Shown here: piece by piece, positions 27,285 through 37,140 of the stretch
Layout: the number at the start of each line of letters is the position of its first letter
Numbering within the stretch: the stretch's first letter is position 1
Assembly: GCA_025964685.1 (NCBI GenBank)
Contig: JAOPYG010000037.1
Location: forward strand, 12,742-76,741
Reading direction: 5' to 3'
DNA length: 64,000 nucleotides
Source: Actinoallomurus sp.
GTDB taxonomy: Bacteria; Actinomycetota; Actinomycetes; Streptosporangiales; Streptosporangiaceae
Notes under the pieces: model-generated
Told to the model about the DNA's origin: nothing
What the model saw: the letters and a program-made list of their open reading frames with translations, nothing else
Database searches by the model: none
Program-made: the position numbers and the translations under genes

Positions 27285-28967
27285 GTGGTGCTCGTCACGG
27301 TGACCTTGCGGCCCCACGCCAGCCTCGGCCGGGTGCTCGACGACCTCGGCACCACCCTGCTGGAGCTCGTCCACGGCGACCCGGACCAGGCCGGCGACAT
27401 CGGGGGTGTCGCCATCCACGACCCGCTCGAGGAGCCGGTCCTGCCGCAGCGCGCGCTCGTGCTGGGCGTCGGCCTGCACGAGCCGGAGGAGGTCGCGCGG
27501 CTGCTGCGCGCGCTCGGCCGGCACGAGGCCGCCGGGCTCGTACTCCGGGCGCCCGTCACCATGTCCGCCGAGCTGGCCGCCGCGGTCGACGAGGCCGGCG
27601 TGGCCCTGCTGGGACTGACGCGTGGCGCGTCCTGGGCGCAGCTCGCCGCGATCCTGCGCTCGCTGCTCGCGGAGGGCGACGTCGGCGACGCCGGGCCGCA
27701 GACCCTCGGCGGGATGCCGTCCGGTGACCTGTTCGCCCTGGCCAACGCGGTCGCCGCGCTGCTCGACGCCCCGGTCACCATCGAGGATCGCGGCTCACGG
27801 GTGCTCGCCTTCTCCGGCCGCCAGGACGAGGCCGACCCGTCCCGGGTGGAGACGATCCTCGGCCGTCAGGTGCCCGAACGCTACTCCCGGCTGATCACCG
27901 AGCGCGGTGTGTTCCGCGACCTCTACCGCAGCGACCGGCCGGTGTACGTCGAGCCGTCGCCGGGCGAGCTGGACGGCTTCACCGTTCCCCGCGTCGCGGT
28001 GGCGGTGCGGGCCGGCGACGAGGTGCTCGGCTCGATCTGGGCCGCCGTACGCGAGCCGCTGAGCCCCGACCGCAGCCAGGCGCTGTGCGACGCCGCCCGC
28101 CTGGTGGCGCTGCACATGCTGCGCATCAGGGCCGGCGCGGACGTCGAACGCCGGCTGCGCACCGACCTGCTGAGCACGGCGCTGGAGGGCGGTGCCGGCG
28201 CGCGCGAGGCCCTCAACCGGCTGGGCCTGGCCGACCAGCCGGTCGTCGTCCTCGCCCTGGCCATGCCGGAGTCCGCGGAGGCCGACCGTTCCATCGGCAC
28301 CGACACGAGCCTGGTCACCGAGCGGCAGCGGCTGAGCGACGGCCTGGCGATGCACCTCAGCGCGGTGCACCCGCGCTGCGCCGCCGCGCTGGTCGGCGAC
28401 GTCGTCTACGGGCTGGTGCCCGCCGCCCGCGCCGACGACGGCGAGCGGCGGGCGGTACGCATCGCCACCGACTTCCTCGAGCGCGTCGGCGACCGCACGC
28501 GTGCGGTGGTGGGCGTCGGCCCGGTGGCCGGTGACACGGGCGGGCTGGCCGGCGCCCGAGCCAGCGCGGACCGCGCGCTACGCGTGCTGCGGACGGGCAC
28601 GGGAGGCGGACGCCGGGTCGCACGCCTGACCGACGTGCACGTCGAGGCACTGCTGCTGGAGCTCCGTGACCTGGTCGCGGCCCGTGGCGACCGCCCGACG
28701 GGGCCGGTCGCCCGGCTGTTCGCCTACGACGAGCGGCACAACGCGAAGCTGGTCGAGACGCTGAGAGCATGGCTGGACGCCTTCGGCGACGTCCCCGCGG
28801 CGTCCGCGGCCGTGCACGTGCATCCGAACACCTTCCGCTACCGCCTGCGGCGCCTCGCAGAGGTCGGCGGCATCGACCTGACCGACCCGGCGGCACGCTT
28901 CGCCGCGATGCTGCAACTCCGGGTCGTCGCCCCGCCCCAACGCCGTCCCGCCCCATCGGACCGTTAG
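27285..28967 (+). CDS. PucR family transcriptional regulator (GAF-like plus HTH)
   Basis: DLFALANAVAALLDAPVTIED; C-terminal YDERHNAKLVETLRAWLD...VHVHPNTFRYRLRR. Confidence 0.92.
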   Translation: MVLVTVTLRPHASLGRVLDDLGTTLLELVHGDPDQAGDIGGVAIHDPLEEPVLPQRALVLGVGLHEPEEVARLLRALGRHEAAGLVLRAPVTMSAELAAAVDEAGVALLGLTRGASWAQLAAILRSLLAEGDVGDAGPQTLGGMPSGDLFALANAVAALLDAPVTIEDRGSRVLAFSGRQDEADPSRVETILGRQVPERYSRLITERGVFRDLYRSDRPVYVEPSPGELDGFTVPRVAVAVRAGDEVLGSIWAAVREPLSPDRSQALCDAARLVALHMLRIRAGADVERRLRTDLLSTALEGGAGAREALNRLGLADQPVVVLALAMPESAEADRSIGTDTSLVTERQRLSDGLAMHLSAVHPRCAAALVGDVVYGLVPAARADDGERRAVRIATDFLERVGDRTRAVVGVGPVAGDTGGLAGARASADRALRVLRTGTGGGRRVARLTDVHVEALLLELRDLVAARGDRPTGPVARLFAYDERHNAKLVETLRAWLDAFGDVPAASAAVHVHPNTFRYRLRRLAEVGGIDLTDPAARFAAMLQLRVVAPPQRRPAPSDR

Positions 28968-28989
28968 AGCGCGGAGGCGGGGTTCGCGC

Positions 28990-29305
28990 TCAGCGGGCGA
29001 GCACGGTGCGGAACTCCGCCGCCGCTCGCGCGGCCGTGTCCCGCAGCCGGCCGACGCCCGGGCCGTGCGCCAGCAGCATGCGGGACGCGCTCGGCATCAC
29101 CCGGTCGGGGACGGTACGGATGCACGGTGACGGCGTCGGCCCCGAGCGGCGCGTCCGCACCGAGGAACGCCTGGGCGTAGGCGCCGTCGGCGGTGTCTCC
29201 GAGCCCCCAGTGGTCCAGCAGCTCTGCGGACGGGTCCAGGCCCCACACCAGCGGGCCCAGGTCGGCACGTATGGCGGCGAACCGGGAGGCGAAGGTGTCG
29301 ACCAC
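28990..29305 (-). pseudogene. pyrF: Orotidine-5'-phosphate decarboxylase remnant with two internal deletions
   Basis: N-terminal FASRFAAIRADLGPLVWGLDPSAELLDHWGL, middle AYAQAFLGADAPLGADAVTVHPY, then (frameshift) C-terminal PDRVMPSASRMLLAHGP; DxKxxD absent; GAGGAGG RBS intact. Confidence 0.8.
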
Positions 29306-29334
29306 GACAGCCACCTCCTCACGCGGGTGGGTGG

Positions 29335-30678
29335 TCAGGCGGGCGGTGGCTCCGGGGCCGGGCGGTCGCGCAGCGTGTAGACCCCGGCGGCCACGGTGCC
29401 CGCGCAGAGGGCGGTGGCGCTCAGGCCGAGGGACCAGTGGACGCCGACGGCGGAGCCGAGGAGGCCGACGGTGAAGCCGCTGCCGGCGCGCAGGCCGCTG
29501 GCGGACATGCCGTAAAGGCCGATGACACGGCCGCGCTCCGCGGCGGGGGCCCGGAGTTGCACCACGGTCTGACCGATGGACATCGAGGCCAGGTTGGCCA
29601 CCCCGCCGATGACCAAAATCAGCACGGCGAGCGGGTACTCGTTCGTGATGGCGAAGAACAGGCTGGTCAGGCCGTAGACGGCGGTGCTGATGACGGCGGC
29701 CTTCGGGTGGGGTCTGATGCGGCCGGTGGCTTCGAGCAGCAGGCCGCCGATGACGCCGCCCGCGCCGTTGGCGAACAGCAGGATCCCGTACGCGGTGCCC
29801 GCGTTGCCCGCTCCAAGGTCGTGGGCGAAGATCGGCATCGCGGACTGCATCGAGGCGCCGACGAAGAACGACCCGAGCCCGGCGAGAATGATCATGCTGA
29901 TCAGCGTGTGGTCGGAGCGGACATCGCGCAGTACCCGGAGCGAGCCCAGCATCCCCATGCGGACGCGCGCAGTCGCACGCTCGCGGGTGTGGCCGGTGAA
30001 CCGGGTACGGAACAGGAACAGCGTCAGCGGCAGGTAGAACGCGATGTTGGCGAAGATCCCGGCGGTGGCACCGAGGCCGAGGAGGAGGGCGGAGCCGACG
30101 ACGGGGCCGAACAGGATGCCGAGGCTGCGGAAGGTGGCGTTGAGGCGGACCGCGCTCGGCAGTTCGCCGCGGCCGACGAAGTCGTGGAGCATCAGCTGTT
30201 CGGCGGGTGCCCAGAGAGATCCCGCACAGCCGTGCAGGACCAGCAGGACGCACGCTTCCCAGACGCGCAGCGAGCCGGTGAGGAACAGGACGCCCCAGAG
30301 GGCGGAGACCGTCATGAACAGGACCTGCGCCGCCTGGATGAGGCGGCGGCAGTCGTACCGGTCGGCCCAGGAGCCGAAGTAGACCGAGAAAAGCAGGAAC
30401 GGCACCCAGTGGCTGATCACCTCGAACCCGGCCAGGGCGGGGGAGTGGAACTTCTGCCACAGGACCCAGTACGTGATGACGTGCTCGATGTTGTCGGCCA
30501 TCATCGCCAGAGCCGCGCCGAACAGGTAAGGGCGGCAGTCGCGGTTCCGCAGGGCCGCGAACTTCTGTGGCGCGGTGAGACCCGGCTCTACGGACACGGC
30601 CGTGTCATCGATGGCGTTCGGGGCGGGGATGTGCGCGGGGGTACCGCAGGCGGAGCACATGGTCGTCGTCTTCCTCAT
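29335..30678 (-). CDS. MFS transporter (MFS_3/EntS-like)
   Basis: FAALRNRD, GSWADRYDCRRLI, about 12 TM, RGRVIG. Confidence 0.9.
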   Translation of the reverse strand: MRKTTTMCSACGTPAHIPAPNAIDDTAVSVEPGLTAPQKFAALRNRDCRPYLFGAALAMMADNIEHVITYWVLWQKFHSPALAGFEVISHWVPFLLFSVYFGSWADRYDCRRLIQAAQVLFMTVSALWGVLFLTGSLRVWEACVLLVLHGCAGSLWAPAEQLMLHDFVGRGELPSAVRLNATFRSLGILFGPVVGSALLLGLGATAGIFANIAFYLPLTLFLFRTRFTGHTRERATARVRMGMLGSLRVLRDVRSDHTLISMIILAGLGSFFVGASMQSAMPIFAHDLGAGNAGTAYGILLFANGAGGVIGGLLLEATGRIRPHPKAAVISTAVYGLTSLFFAITNEYPLAVLILVIGGVANLASMSIGQTVVQLRAPAAERGRVIGLYGMSASGLRAGSGFTVGLLGSAVGVHWSLGLSATALCAGTVAAGVYTLRDRPAPEPPPA

Positions 30679-30702
30679 GCGTGGTTCAGGCAGGGGCTGT
30701 GA

Positions 30703-30930
30703 TCAGGCGGCGTTCCAGCAGCCCTTGACGAAGGTCCGCTCGGGCCTGACGCCATGGGCGCCGAGGTGTTCGCGGACGCGCATCGCGGCCTCGTCGTCGA
30801 CGAACAGATGCCGGTCCGCGGCGCGGGGTTCGAGTTCGCCGCGGGGGCCGGAGATCCCGGCAGGCGACCCGACCGGCGCGTCGGCGGCCCACCGGCTCCC
30901 CGGTCCCGTGCCGTGATGGGTTGCTCGCAT
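30703..30930 (-). pseudogene. Siderophore-interacting protein (ViuB/SIP) collapsed to 75 codons
   Basis: HGTGPGSRWA, ISGPRG, RHLFVDDE, FVKGCW motifs joined in frame; AAAGGA RBS. Confidence 0.7.
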
Positions 30931-31008
30931 GCCGTCCTTTACGGGTCACTGTGCCTCGTAATGCGGAGATTACCAATGCGGGGCACCGTGTATCGATAGG
31001 CTTCGGGT

Positions 31009-31599
31009 GTGGTTTCCGACACAGACCACGTCCCGCCCGGCGGCAAGGCGGGACGGCCCCGGAGCGAGCGGGCCCGCCGCGCGGTGCTCCATGCCGTCGA
31101 CGACCTTCTCGTCGACGTGGGCTACGCGGCGATGACGATGAAGGGGATCGCCGAGCGCGCCGGCGTCGGACGGCAGACGGTCTACCGATGGTGGTCGACC
31201 AAGGCCGAGATCCTGCTCGAAGCCTGCCTCGTCGACGCCGAGGAGGAGCTGACCACGCCCCCGCGCCCCGACGCGGCGGACGATCTGCTCGCCTACCTCA
31301 CCGCGCTGACCGAGTTCCTCACGACCTCGCCCGCGGGCCTGGCCTACCGGGCGCTCATCGGGGAGGCGCAGCACGATCCCGTCGTACGCGACCTCGTACA
31401 CCAGGCCGGGCTGCTGGCGCTGAGCGCCCACGACGTGCTCCGGCGCGTCCGGTCCTCGGCGCCGAACATGCCCGACGAGTGCCTGTGCGCCGCCCAGCTC
31501 ACCGGGCCGGTCGTCACCCAGATCCTCACCACACCGGAACCTTTGCCGGAACGGCTGCTGGAGGCCCACGTCGCGGCGCTGCTACGCGCCTGGCGCTAA
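31009..31599 (+). CDS. TetR/AcrR family regulator
   Basis: GRPRS, TMKGIAERAGVGRQTVYRWW. Confidence 0.92.
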   Translation: MVSDTDHVPPGGKAGRPRSERARRAVLHAVDDLLVDVGYAAMTMKGIAERAGVGRQTVYRWWSTKAEILLEACLVDAEEELTTPPRPDAADDLLAYLTALTEFLTTSPAGLAYRALIGEAQHDPVVRDLVHQAGLLALSAHDVLRRVRSSAPNMPDECLCAAQLTGPVVTQILTTPEPLPERLLEAHVAALLRAWR

Positions 31600-31645
31600 G
31601 GCAACGTATCCGTGCATTAATCCCCATTCGGGGTAAAGGACGCGG

Positions 31646-33274
31646 ATGACGGACAAGGCAACCAGTGATCTCTGGTGGAAAGACGCGGTCGTGTACTGCG
31701 TGGACGTGGCCACCTGGGTGGACTCCGACGATGACGGGATCGGAGACCTGCCCGGGCTCACCCGGCGGCTGGACTACCTCAGCGGACTCGGCGTCAACTG
31801 CCTGTGGCTGATGCCGTTCTATCCCTCCCCGCTGCGCGACGACGGATACGACATCACCGACTACTACGCGGTCGACGAGCGGTTCGGCACGCTCGGTGAC
31901 TTCGTGGAGATGGTCCGTACGGCGCACAACCTGGGCATCCGCGTGCTGGTCGACCTGGTGCTCAACCACACGAGTGACGAGCACCCGTGGTTCCCCGAGC
32001 GGCGTGACTACTACGTGTGGAGCGACCACAAGGAGAAGGAACCGGCCGACGTGGCCTTCCCCGGCGAACAGGACTCCACCTGGACCTACAACGAGGAGGC
32101 CGGCCAGTGGTACATGCACCGCTACTACGACTTCATGCCGGACCTCAACATCACCCATCCCGACGTGCGCGACGAGATGAACAAGATCATCGGCTTCTGG
32201 CTGGAGCTGGGCATCTCCGGGTTCCGGGTGGACTCCCTTCCTCTCCTCATCGAGACGGTGGGCACCGACGCCCGTGACAACCCCGTCACGTACCTGCGGT
32301 CGCTGGTGGACTTCATGGGCCGGCGTCAGGGCGACGCGATCTTCCTGGGAGAGGCGAACGTCTCGCCGGAGGAACAGGGAAGCTACCTCGGCATGGACGG
32401 CGGCGACGGTGTCCAGATGCTCTTCGACTTCCGCAGCTGTGCCGCGCAGTGGCTGTCGCACGCGCGCGCGGACGCCCGGCCGCTCGAGGAGGCGCTGCGC
32501 AGCAGGCCCCGCTACCCGCCGCACGGTCAGTTCGCCAACTTCTGCCGGCACCACGACGAGCTCAACCTGGGCCTGCTCGGCGACACCGAACGTGAGGAGG
32601 TCTTCGCCGCGTTCGCGCCGGAGGAGAAACACCGGGTGTACGACCGCGGCATCCGCCGGCGGCTGGCGCCGATGCTCGGCAACGACCCGCGCCGCATCCG
32701 GCTCGTGCTCGCCCTCACGCTCGCGCTGCCGGGCACGCCCGTCTTTCTGTACGGCGACGAGATCGGCATGGGCGAGGACCTGTCCCTGCACGGCCGGCTC
32801 GCCGTACGTTCACCGATGCAGTGGTCCGCGCGCCCGAACGGTGGTTTCTCCCGGGCCAAGGAGCTCTATCGTCCGATGCACGCCGACGGTGAGTACGGCT
32901 ACCGCAACGTCAACGTCGTCGACCAGCGGCACGACCCCGACTCGCTGTCCGCGTGGATGACGCGCGCGATCCAGATCCGGCGGGAATGCCCGGAGATGGG
33001 ATGGGGGGAGTGGGAGACCTTCGACGTCGGTGACACGCGCGTCCTGGGGCTGAGTTACCGCTGGCGCGAAGGCCGGGTCGTCACGCTGCACAACCTGTCG
33101 GCCGACGACGTACGGGTGACGCTGCCGGACGACCTGGATCTCGCCGGCGTGGAGGAGATCCGCCAGATGTTCGGCGAGGGCCCGGCCGAGGCCGGTACGG
33201 AGATGGAGCTCGGCGGCTACGGGTACCGCTGGCTCCGCCTCCTCGACGGGCACGTCACCACGGCCATCGTCTGA
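31646..33274 (+). CDS. GH13 alpha-amylase family, trehalose synthase (TreS)-like
   Basis: WWKDAVVY, DDGYDITDY, DLVLNHTS, GFRVD, GEAN, HHDEL, RGIRRRLAPML, YGDEIGMG. Confidence 0.88.
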   Translation: MTDKATSDLWWKDAVVYCVDVATWVDSDDDGIGDLPGLTRRLDYLSGLGVNCLWLMPFYPSPLRDDGYDITDYYAVDERFGTLGDFVEMVRTAHNLGIRVLVDLVLNHTSDEHPWFPERRDYYVWSDHKEKEPADVAFPGEQDSTWTYNEEAGQWYMHRYYDFMPDLNITHPDVRDEMNKIIGFWLELGISGFRVDSLPLLIETVGTDARDNPVTYLRSLVDFMGRRQGDAIFLGEANVSPEEQGSYLGMDGGDGVQMLFDFRSCAAQWLSHARADARPLEEALRSRPRYPPHGQFANFCRHHDELNLGLLGDTEREEVFAAFAPEEKHRVYDRGIRRRLAPMLGNDPRRIRLVLALTLALPGTPVFLYGDEIGMGEDLSLHGRLAVRSPMQWSARPNGGFSRAKELYRPMHADGEYGYRNVNVVDQRHDPDSLSAWMTRAIQIRRECPEMGWGEWETFDVGDTRVLGLSYRWREGRVVTLHNLSADDVRVTLPDDLDLAGVEEIRQMFGEGPAEAGTEMELGGYGYRWLRLLDGHVTTAIV

Positions 33275-33356
33275 GAGCAGGTCCCGGTCGAACCTGGCGT
33301 AAGTTACGGACCGGCAAAAATCGGCCGCCTCACGTCGTGGCCGGGCGTCCGCCTCG

Positions 33357-33388
33357 CACGTTGCTCCCCGCTTTGGGGGAACAACGTG
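33357..33388. terminator. Stem-loop downstream of the GH13 gene
   Basis: CACGTTGCTCCCC / GGGGAACAACGTG, 13-bp stem with one mismatch. Confidence 0.5.
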
Positions 33389-33405
33389 GGTACGTCGCCT
33401 GTTGT

Positions 33406-33439
33406 ATACGACATAGATACGGCATAGATACATATGCCG
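33406..33439. repeat. AT-rich 11-bp tandem direct repeats overlapping an inverted repeat
   Basis: ATACGACATAG ATACGGCATAG ATACATATG; CGGCATA-N6-TATGCCG. Confidence 0.65.
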
Positions 33440-33678
33440 ACCTTCCGAACCATCCCGGCGCGGCCCTCGCCCCTATGGAGAGGCCGTGCATGTCCGCGCG
33501 GACCCGATCCCCCCGACTGGTGTCCGAGTGCGGACGGCGCCCGGCCTCTGGCACTCACCATGCCGGAGGCCGGGCGCCCCGATGAGGCCCCGGGCCCGGT
33601 GAGAGTGTGCCTTGCTTGCCCGCGAGCGCTTCGGGGCAGGTAGCAGGGTGGTGATGCCTGACGGCTGGGGGGACCGTC

Positions 33679-35337
33679 ATGGTTCTAGGAGATCGCACGC
33701 CGCCCATCGCGCCGGCGCGGCCTCGGCGTACCAAGGGGGAGGCCGTCCTCTCGGTGCTGGCCACGACCGATCACAAGGTCATCGGCTATCTCTATCTGAC
33801 GACGTCGTTCGGGTTCTTCCTGATCGCCGGCCTGCTGGCGATGCTGATGAGGGCCGAGCTCTTCGCGCCGCGGCTGCAGTTCATGGACGCGCACCAGTAC
33901 AACACCCTGTTCACGCTGCACGGCACTCTCATGATGCTGCTGTTCGCGACACCGCTCTTCGCCGGATTCGCGAACTTCGTTCTTCCGTTGCAGATCGGCG
34001 CCCCCGATGTCGCGTTCCCGCGCCTCAACGCCTTCAGCTACTGGCTGTTCCTCTTCGGCGGCCTGATGGTGCTGGCGTCGATGTTCCCCCCCGACGGCAC
34101 CGCGAGCTTCGGCTGGACCGCGTACACGCCGCTCAGCGACGACTCCAGGACGCCGGGCATGGGCCCCGACCTGTGGGCCATGGGCCTGGTGCTGTCAGGG
34201 CTCGGCACCATCCTGACCTCGGTGAACTTCATCACGACGGTCATCGGCATGCGTGCACCGGGCATGACGATGTTCCGGCTGCCGATCTTCACGTGGAACG
34301 TCGTGTTGACCGGCGTCCTCGTGCTCCTCGCGTTCCCGCCCCTCGCCGCGATCCTGCTCGTGCTGGAGGCCGACCGGAAGCTCGGCGCGCACGTCTTCGA
34401 CCCGCACGTCAACGGGGCCATGACCTGGCAGCACCTGTTCTGGTTCTTCGGCCACCCGGAGGTGTACGTCGTCGCGCTGCCGTTCTTCGGGATCGTGACC
34501 GAGGTCCTGCCGGTGTTCAGCCGAAAACCGCTGTTCGGGTACGTCGGGATGGTGGGCGCGACGATCGCGATCACCGGCCTGTCGGCGACCGTCTGGGCGC
34601 ACCACATGTTCGCCACGGGTCAGGTGCTGCTGCCGTTCTTCTCGTTCATGTCGTTCCTGATCGCGATCCCGACCGGGGTGAAGTTCTTCAACTGGACGGG
34701 CACGATATGGCGGGGGCACCTGTCGTTCGAGTCGCCGATGCTGTGGTCGATCGGGTTCCTGGTGACGTTCCTGTTCGGTGGCCTGACAGGCGTCCTCCTG
34801 GCGTCACCGCCACTGGACTTCCACGTCCACGACACCTACTTCGTCGTGGGCCACTTCCACTACGTCCTCTTCGGCACCGTGGTGTTCGCGATGTTCGCGG
34901 GCTTCTACTTCTGGTGGCCCAAGATGACGGGGAAGATGCTCAACGACCGGCTGGGGAAGATCCACTTCTGGATGGTGTTCGTCGGTTTCCACACGACGTT
35001 CCTCATCCACCACTGGCTGGGCGCCGCCGGAATGCAGCGGCGCATCGCCGACTATCCCCGGCACTTCGCCGGCGCGAACATGGTGTCCAGCCTCGGCGCG
35101 TTCCTGCTCGGCGTCTCCAACCTCGTCTTCCTCTACAACGTCTACATCACCGCGCGCAAAGCCCCGCGGCTGGACGTCGACGACCCGTGGGGCTACGGCA
35201 ACTCCCTCGAATGGGCGACCTCGTGCCCGCCGCCCCGGCACAACTTCACCGAGATTCCGAAGATCCGCTCCGAACGCCCCGCCTTCGACCTGCACTATCC
35301 GCACGCCACCCCGGCCATCCCGGAGGAGCCCCGCTGA
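33679..35337 (+). CDS. ctaD: Cytochrome c oxidase subunit I (aa3, A1 type), standalone
   Basis: [39 protein letters not shown]. Confidence 0.96.
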   Translation: MVLGDRTPPIAPARPRRTKGEAVLSVLATTDHKVIGYLYLTTSFGFFLIAGLLAMLMRAELFAPRLQFMDAHQYNTLFTLHGTLMMLLFATPLFAGFANFVLPLQIGAPDVAFPRLNAFSYWLFLFGGLMVLASMFPPDGTASFGWTAYTPLSDDSRTPGMGPDLWAMGLVLSGLGTILTSVNFITTVIGMRAPGMTMFRLPIFTWNVVLTGVLVLLAFPPLAAILLVLEADRKLGAHVFDPHVNGAMTWQHLFWFFGHPEVYVVALPFFGIVTEVLPVFSRKPLFGYVGMVGATIAITGLSATVWAHHMFATGQVLLPFFSFMSFLIAIPTGVKFFNWTGTIWRGHLSFESPMLWSIGFLVTFLFGGLTGVLLASPPLDFHVHDTYFVVGHFHYVLFGTVVFAMFAGFYFWWPKMTGKMLNDRLGKIHFWMVFVGFHTTFLIHHWLGAAGMQRRIADYPRHFAGANMVSSLGAFLLGVSNLVFLYNVYITARKAPRLDVDDPWGYGNSLEWATSCPPPRHNFTEIPKIRSERPAFDLHYPHATPAIPEEPR

Positions 35338-35340
35338 TCA

Positions 35341-35490
35341 TCAGAAGTACGTCGTGGAGGCGTCCGCGCCGCGCACGCCGCTCAGCTCGGCGTCCCACAG
35401 TTTTCGCGCCGCGCAGGTCAGCGCCGTTCAGGGTCGCCCCGTGCAGGTTCGCGGTACTCAGGTCCGCGTCGCCCAGCTTCGCGCCGGCCC
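35341..35490 (-). pseudogene. Pentapeptide-repeat protein C-terminal remnant, frameshifted
   Basis: AKLGD ADLST ANLHG ATLNG ADLRG AK, then after one extra A: LWDAELSGVRGADASTTYF-stop. Confidence 0.7.
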
Positions 35491-35561
35491 CGTGCCAGGG
35501 AGTCGGCCGCTGAAGCGTCCGCCGCGGGTAGTGGCTACCGTGTTGTTCGAGCAAACGCGAC

Positions 35562-36566
35562 ATGTCGGAGGGCCGCATGAGTACACAGGGCGCCGAGTAC
35601 GTGCGGGATCCGCGGTATCTCACCACCCGCGTCACCGCGGACGGCCGCGACGGGTATCCGGTCGAGCCCGGCCGCTACCGCCTCATCATCAGCCGCGCGT
35701 GCCCGTGGGCCAACCGCAGCGCGATCGTACGGCGGCTTCTCGGCCTCGAGCCCGTCCTGTCGATGGGCATCTGCGGGCCCACGCACGACGAGCGGAGCTG
35801 GACCTTCGACCTTGACCCCGGCGGCCGCGACCCCGTTCTCGGCATCGAGCGGCTGCAGGAGGCGTTCCTCGCCCGTGACCCCGGCTATCCGCTGGGGATC
35901 ACCGTGCCGGCCATCGTCGACATCTCCGCCGGCCAGGTGGTGACCAACGACTTCGCTCAGATCACCCTTGACCTGTCCACCCAGTGGCGTGACCACCACC
36001 GTCCCGGCGCGCCCGACCTGTACCCCGAACGGCACCGGGACGAGATAGACGAGATCAACGCCGACGTCTTCACCGACGTGAACAACGGCGTCTACGAGGC
36101 CGGCTTCGCGAAGGGCCAGGAAGCCTACGAACAGGCGTACCGGAAGCTGTTCGGCCGTCTCGACGCACTCTCGGACCGTCTTGGCGACCGTCGCTATCTG
36201 GTCGGCGACACCATCACCGAGGCCGACATCCGGCTGTTCACCACCCTGGTCCGCTTCGACGCGGTCTACCACGGGCACTTCAAGTGCAATCGCAGCAAGC
36301 TCACCGAGATGCCGGTCCTCTGGGCGTACGCCCGCGACCTCTACCAGACCCCGGGCTTCGGCGACACGATCGACTTTGCCCAGATCAAGGAGCACTACTA
36401 CGTGGTGCACCGCGACGTGAACCCGACGGGCGTCGTCCCGCTCGGACCGGACCCGTCCGGCTGGACGACCCCGCATCACCGGGAGCAGCTCGGCGGCCGC
36501 CCGTTCGGCGAGGGGACCCCGCCCGGTCCCGTCCCGCCCGGGGAGGCCGTCGCTCGAGACTCCTGA
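35562..36566 (+). CDS. Glutathionyl-hydroquinone reductase (YqjG / GST omega-like)
   Basis: RYRLIISRACPWA, ITVP, VNNGVY, ADIRLFTTLVRFDAVYHGHFKCN, IKEHYY. Confidence 0.92.
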   Translation: MSEGRMSTQGAEYVRDPRYLTTRVTADGRDGYPVEPGRYRLIISRACPWANRSAIVRRLLGLEPVLSMGICGPTHDERSWTFDLDPGGRDPVLGIERLQEAFLARDPGYPLGITVPAIVDISAGQVVTNDFAQITLDLSTQWRDHHRPGAPDLYPERHRDEIDEINADVFTDVNNGVYEAGFAKGQEAYEQAYRKLFGRLDALSDRLGDRRYLVGDTITEADIRLFTTLVRFDAVYHGHFKCNRSKLTEMPVLWAYARDLYQTPGFGDTIDFAQIKEHYYVVHRDVNPTGVVPLGPDPSGWTTPHHREQLGGRPFGEGTPPGPVPPGEAVARDS

Positions 36567-36717
36567 GGATCCACGCGCCCCGTAGCCGACCTTGACCAGG
36601 ATCTCGGCCGCGGATGCCCCGGCTCCTCGTTGAGGCCGACGAACAGTAGCAAGGGCACGCTGTACCGCGTGACCGGCTGATCGCCCGACCGGCCCCGGAG
36701 AGGCTTGCGTCTGGTGA

Positions 36718-37092
36718 TCAGAGGCCGCGGAGGCGTTCGATCTCGCGGCGGTCGCGCTTGGTGGGGCGGCCCGTGCCGCGGTCGCGGCGGGCGATCGGCA
36801 GCAGGCTCTCCCGCGGCGGCGGTGGCGGGCTGTTGTCGGTGAGGCATTCCTCCGCGACGGCCGCGCCGACCCGCTTGCTGACGACGCGGCGCACGATCAC
36901 GATCCGCTCGCGCCCGTCGTGACGCAGCCGCACCTCGTCGCCGGCCCGGACCACGGACGCCGGCTTGGCGCGCTGGTCGTTCACACGGACGTGGCCGGCA
37001 CGGCAGGCGGCGGTGGCCTGCGACCGTGTCTTCACCAGCCGTACGGACCAGATCCACACGTCGACCCGCGCCGACCCCTCACCCACCGCCAT
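36718..37092 (-). CDS. hslR: S4-domain ribosome-associated heat shock protein Hsp15
   Basis: RVDVWIWSVRLVKTRSQA, GRPTKRDRR. Confidence 0.88.
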   Translation of the reverse strand: MAVGEGSARVDVWIWSVRLVKTRSQATAACRAGHVRVNDQRAKPASVVRAGDEVRLRHDGRERIVIVRRVVSKRVGAAVAEECLTDNSPPPPPRESLLPIARRDRGTGRPTKRDRREIERLRGL

Positions 37093-37140
37093 GCTCCGAC
37101 CCTAACGCCGCGGGCCGGACACTCGCGGCAGACTGGACCC

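Noticed and set aside
36570-36716. Protein-like fragments (RYSVPLLLF, AAEILVKVGYG) between the GST and hslR genes
   Set aside because: Too short to assign to a family by eye
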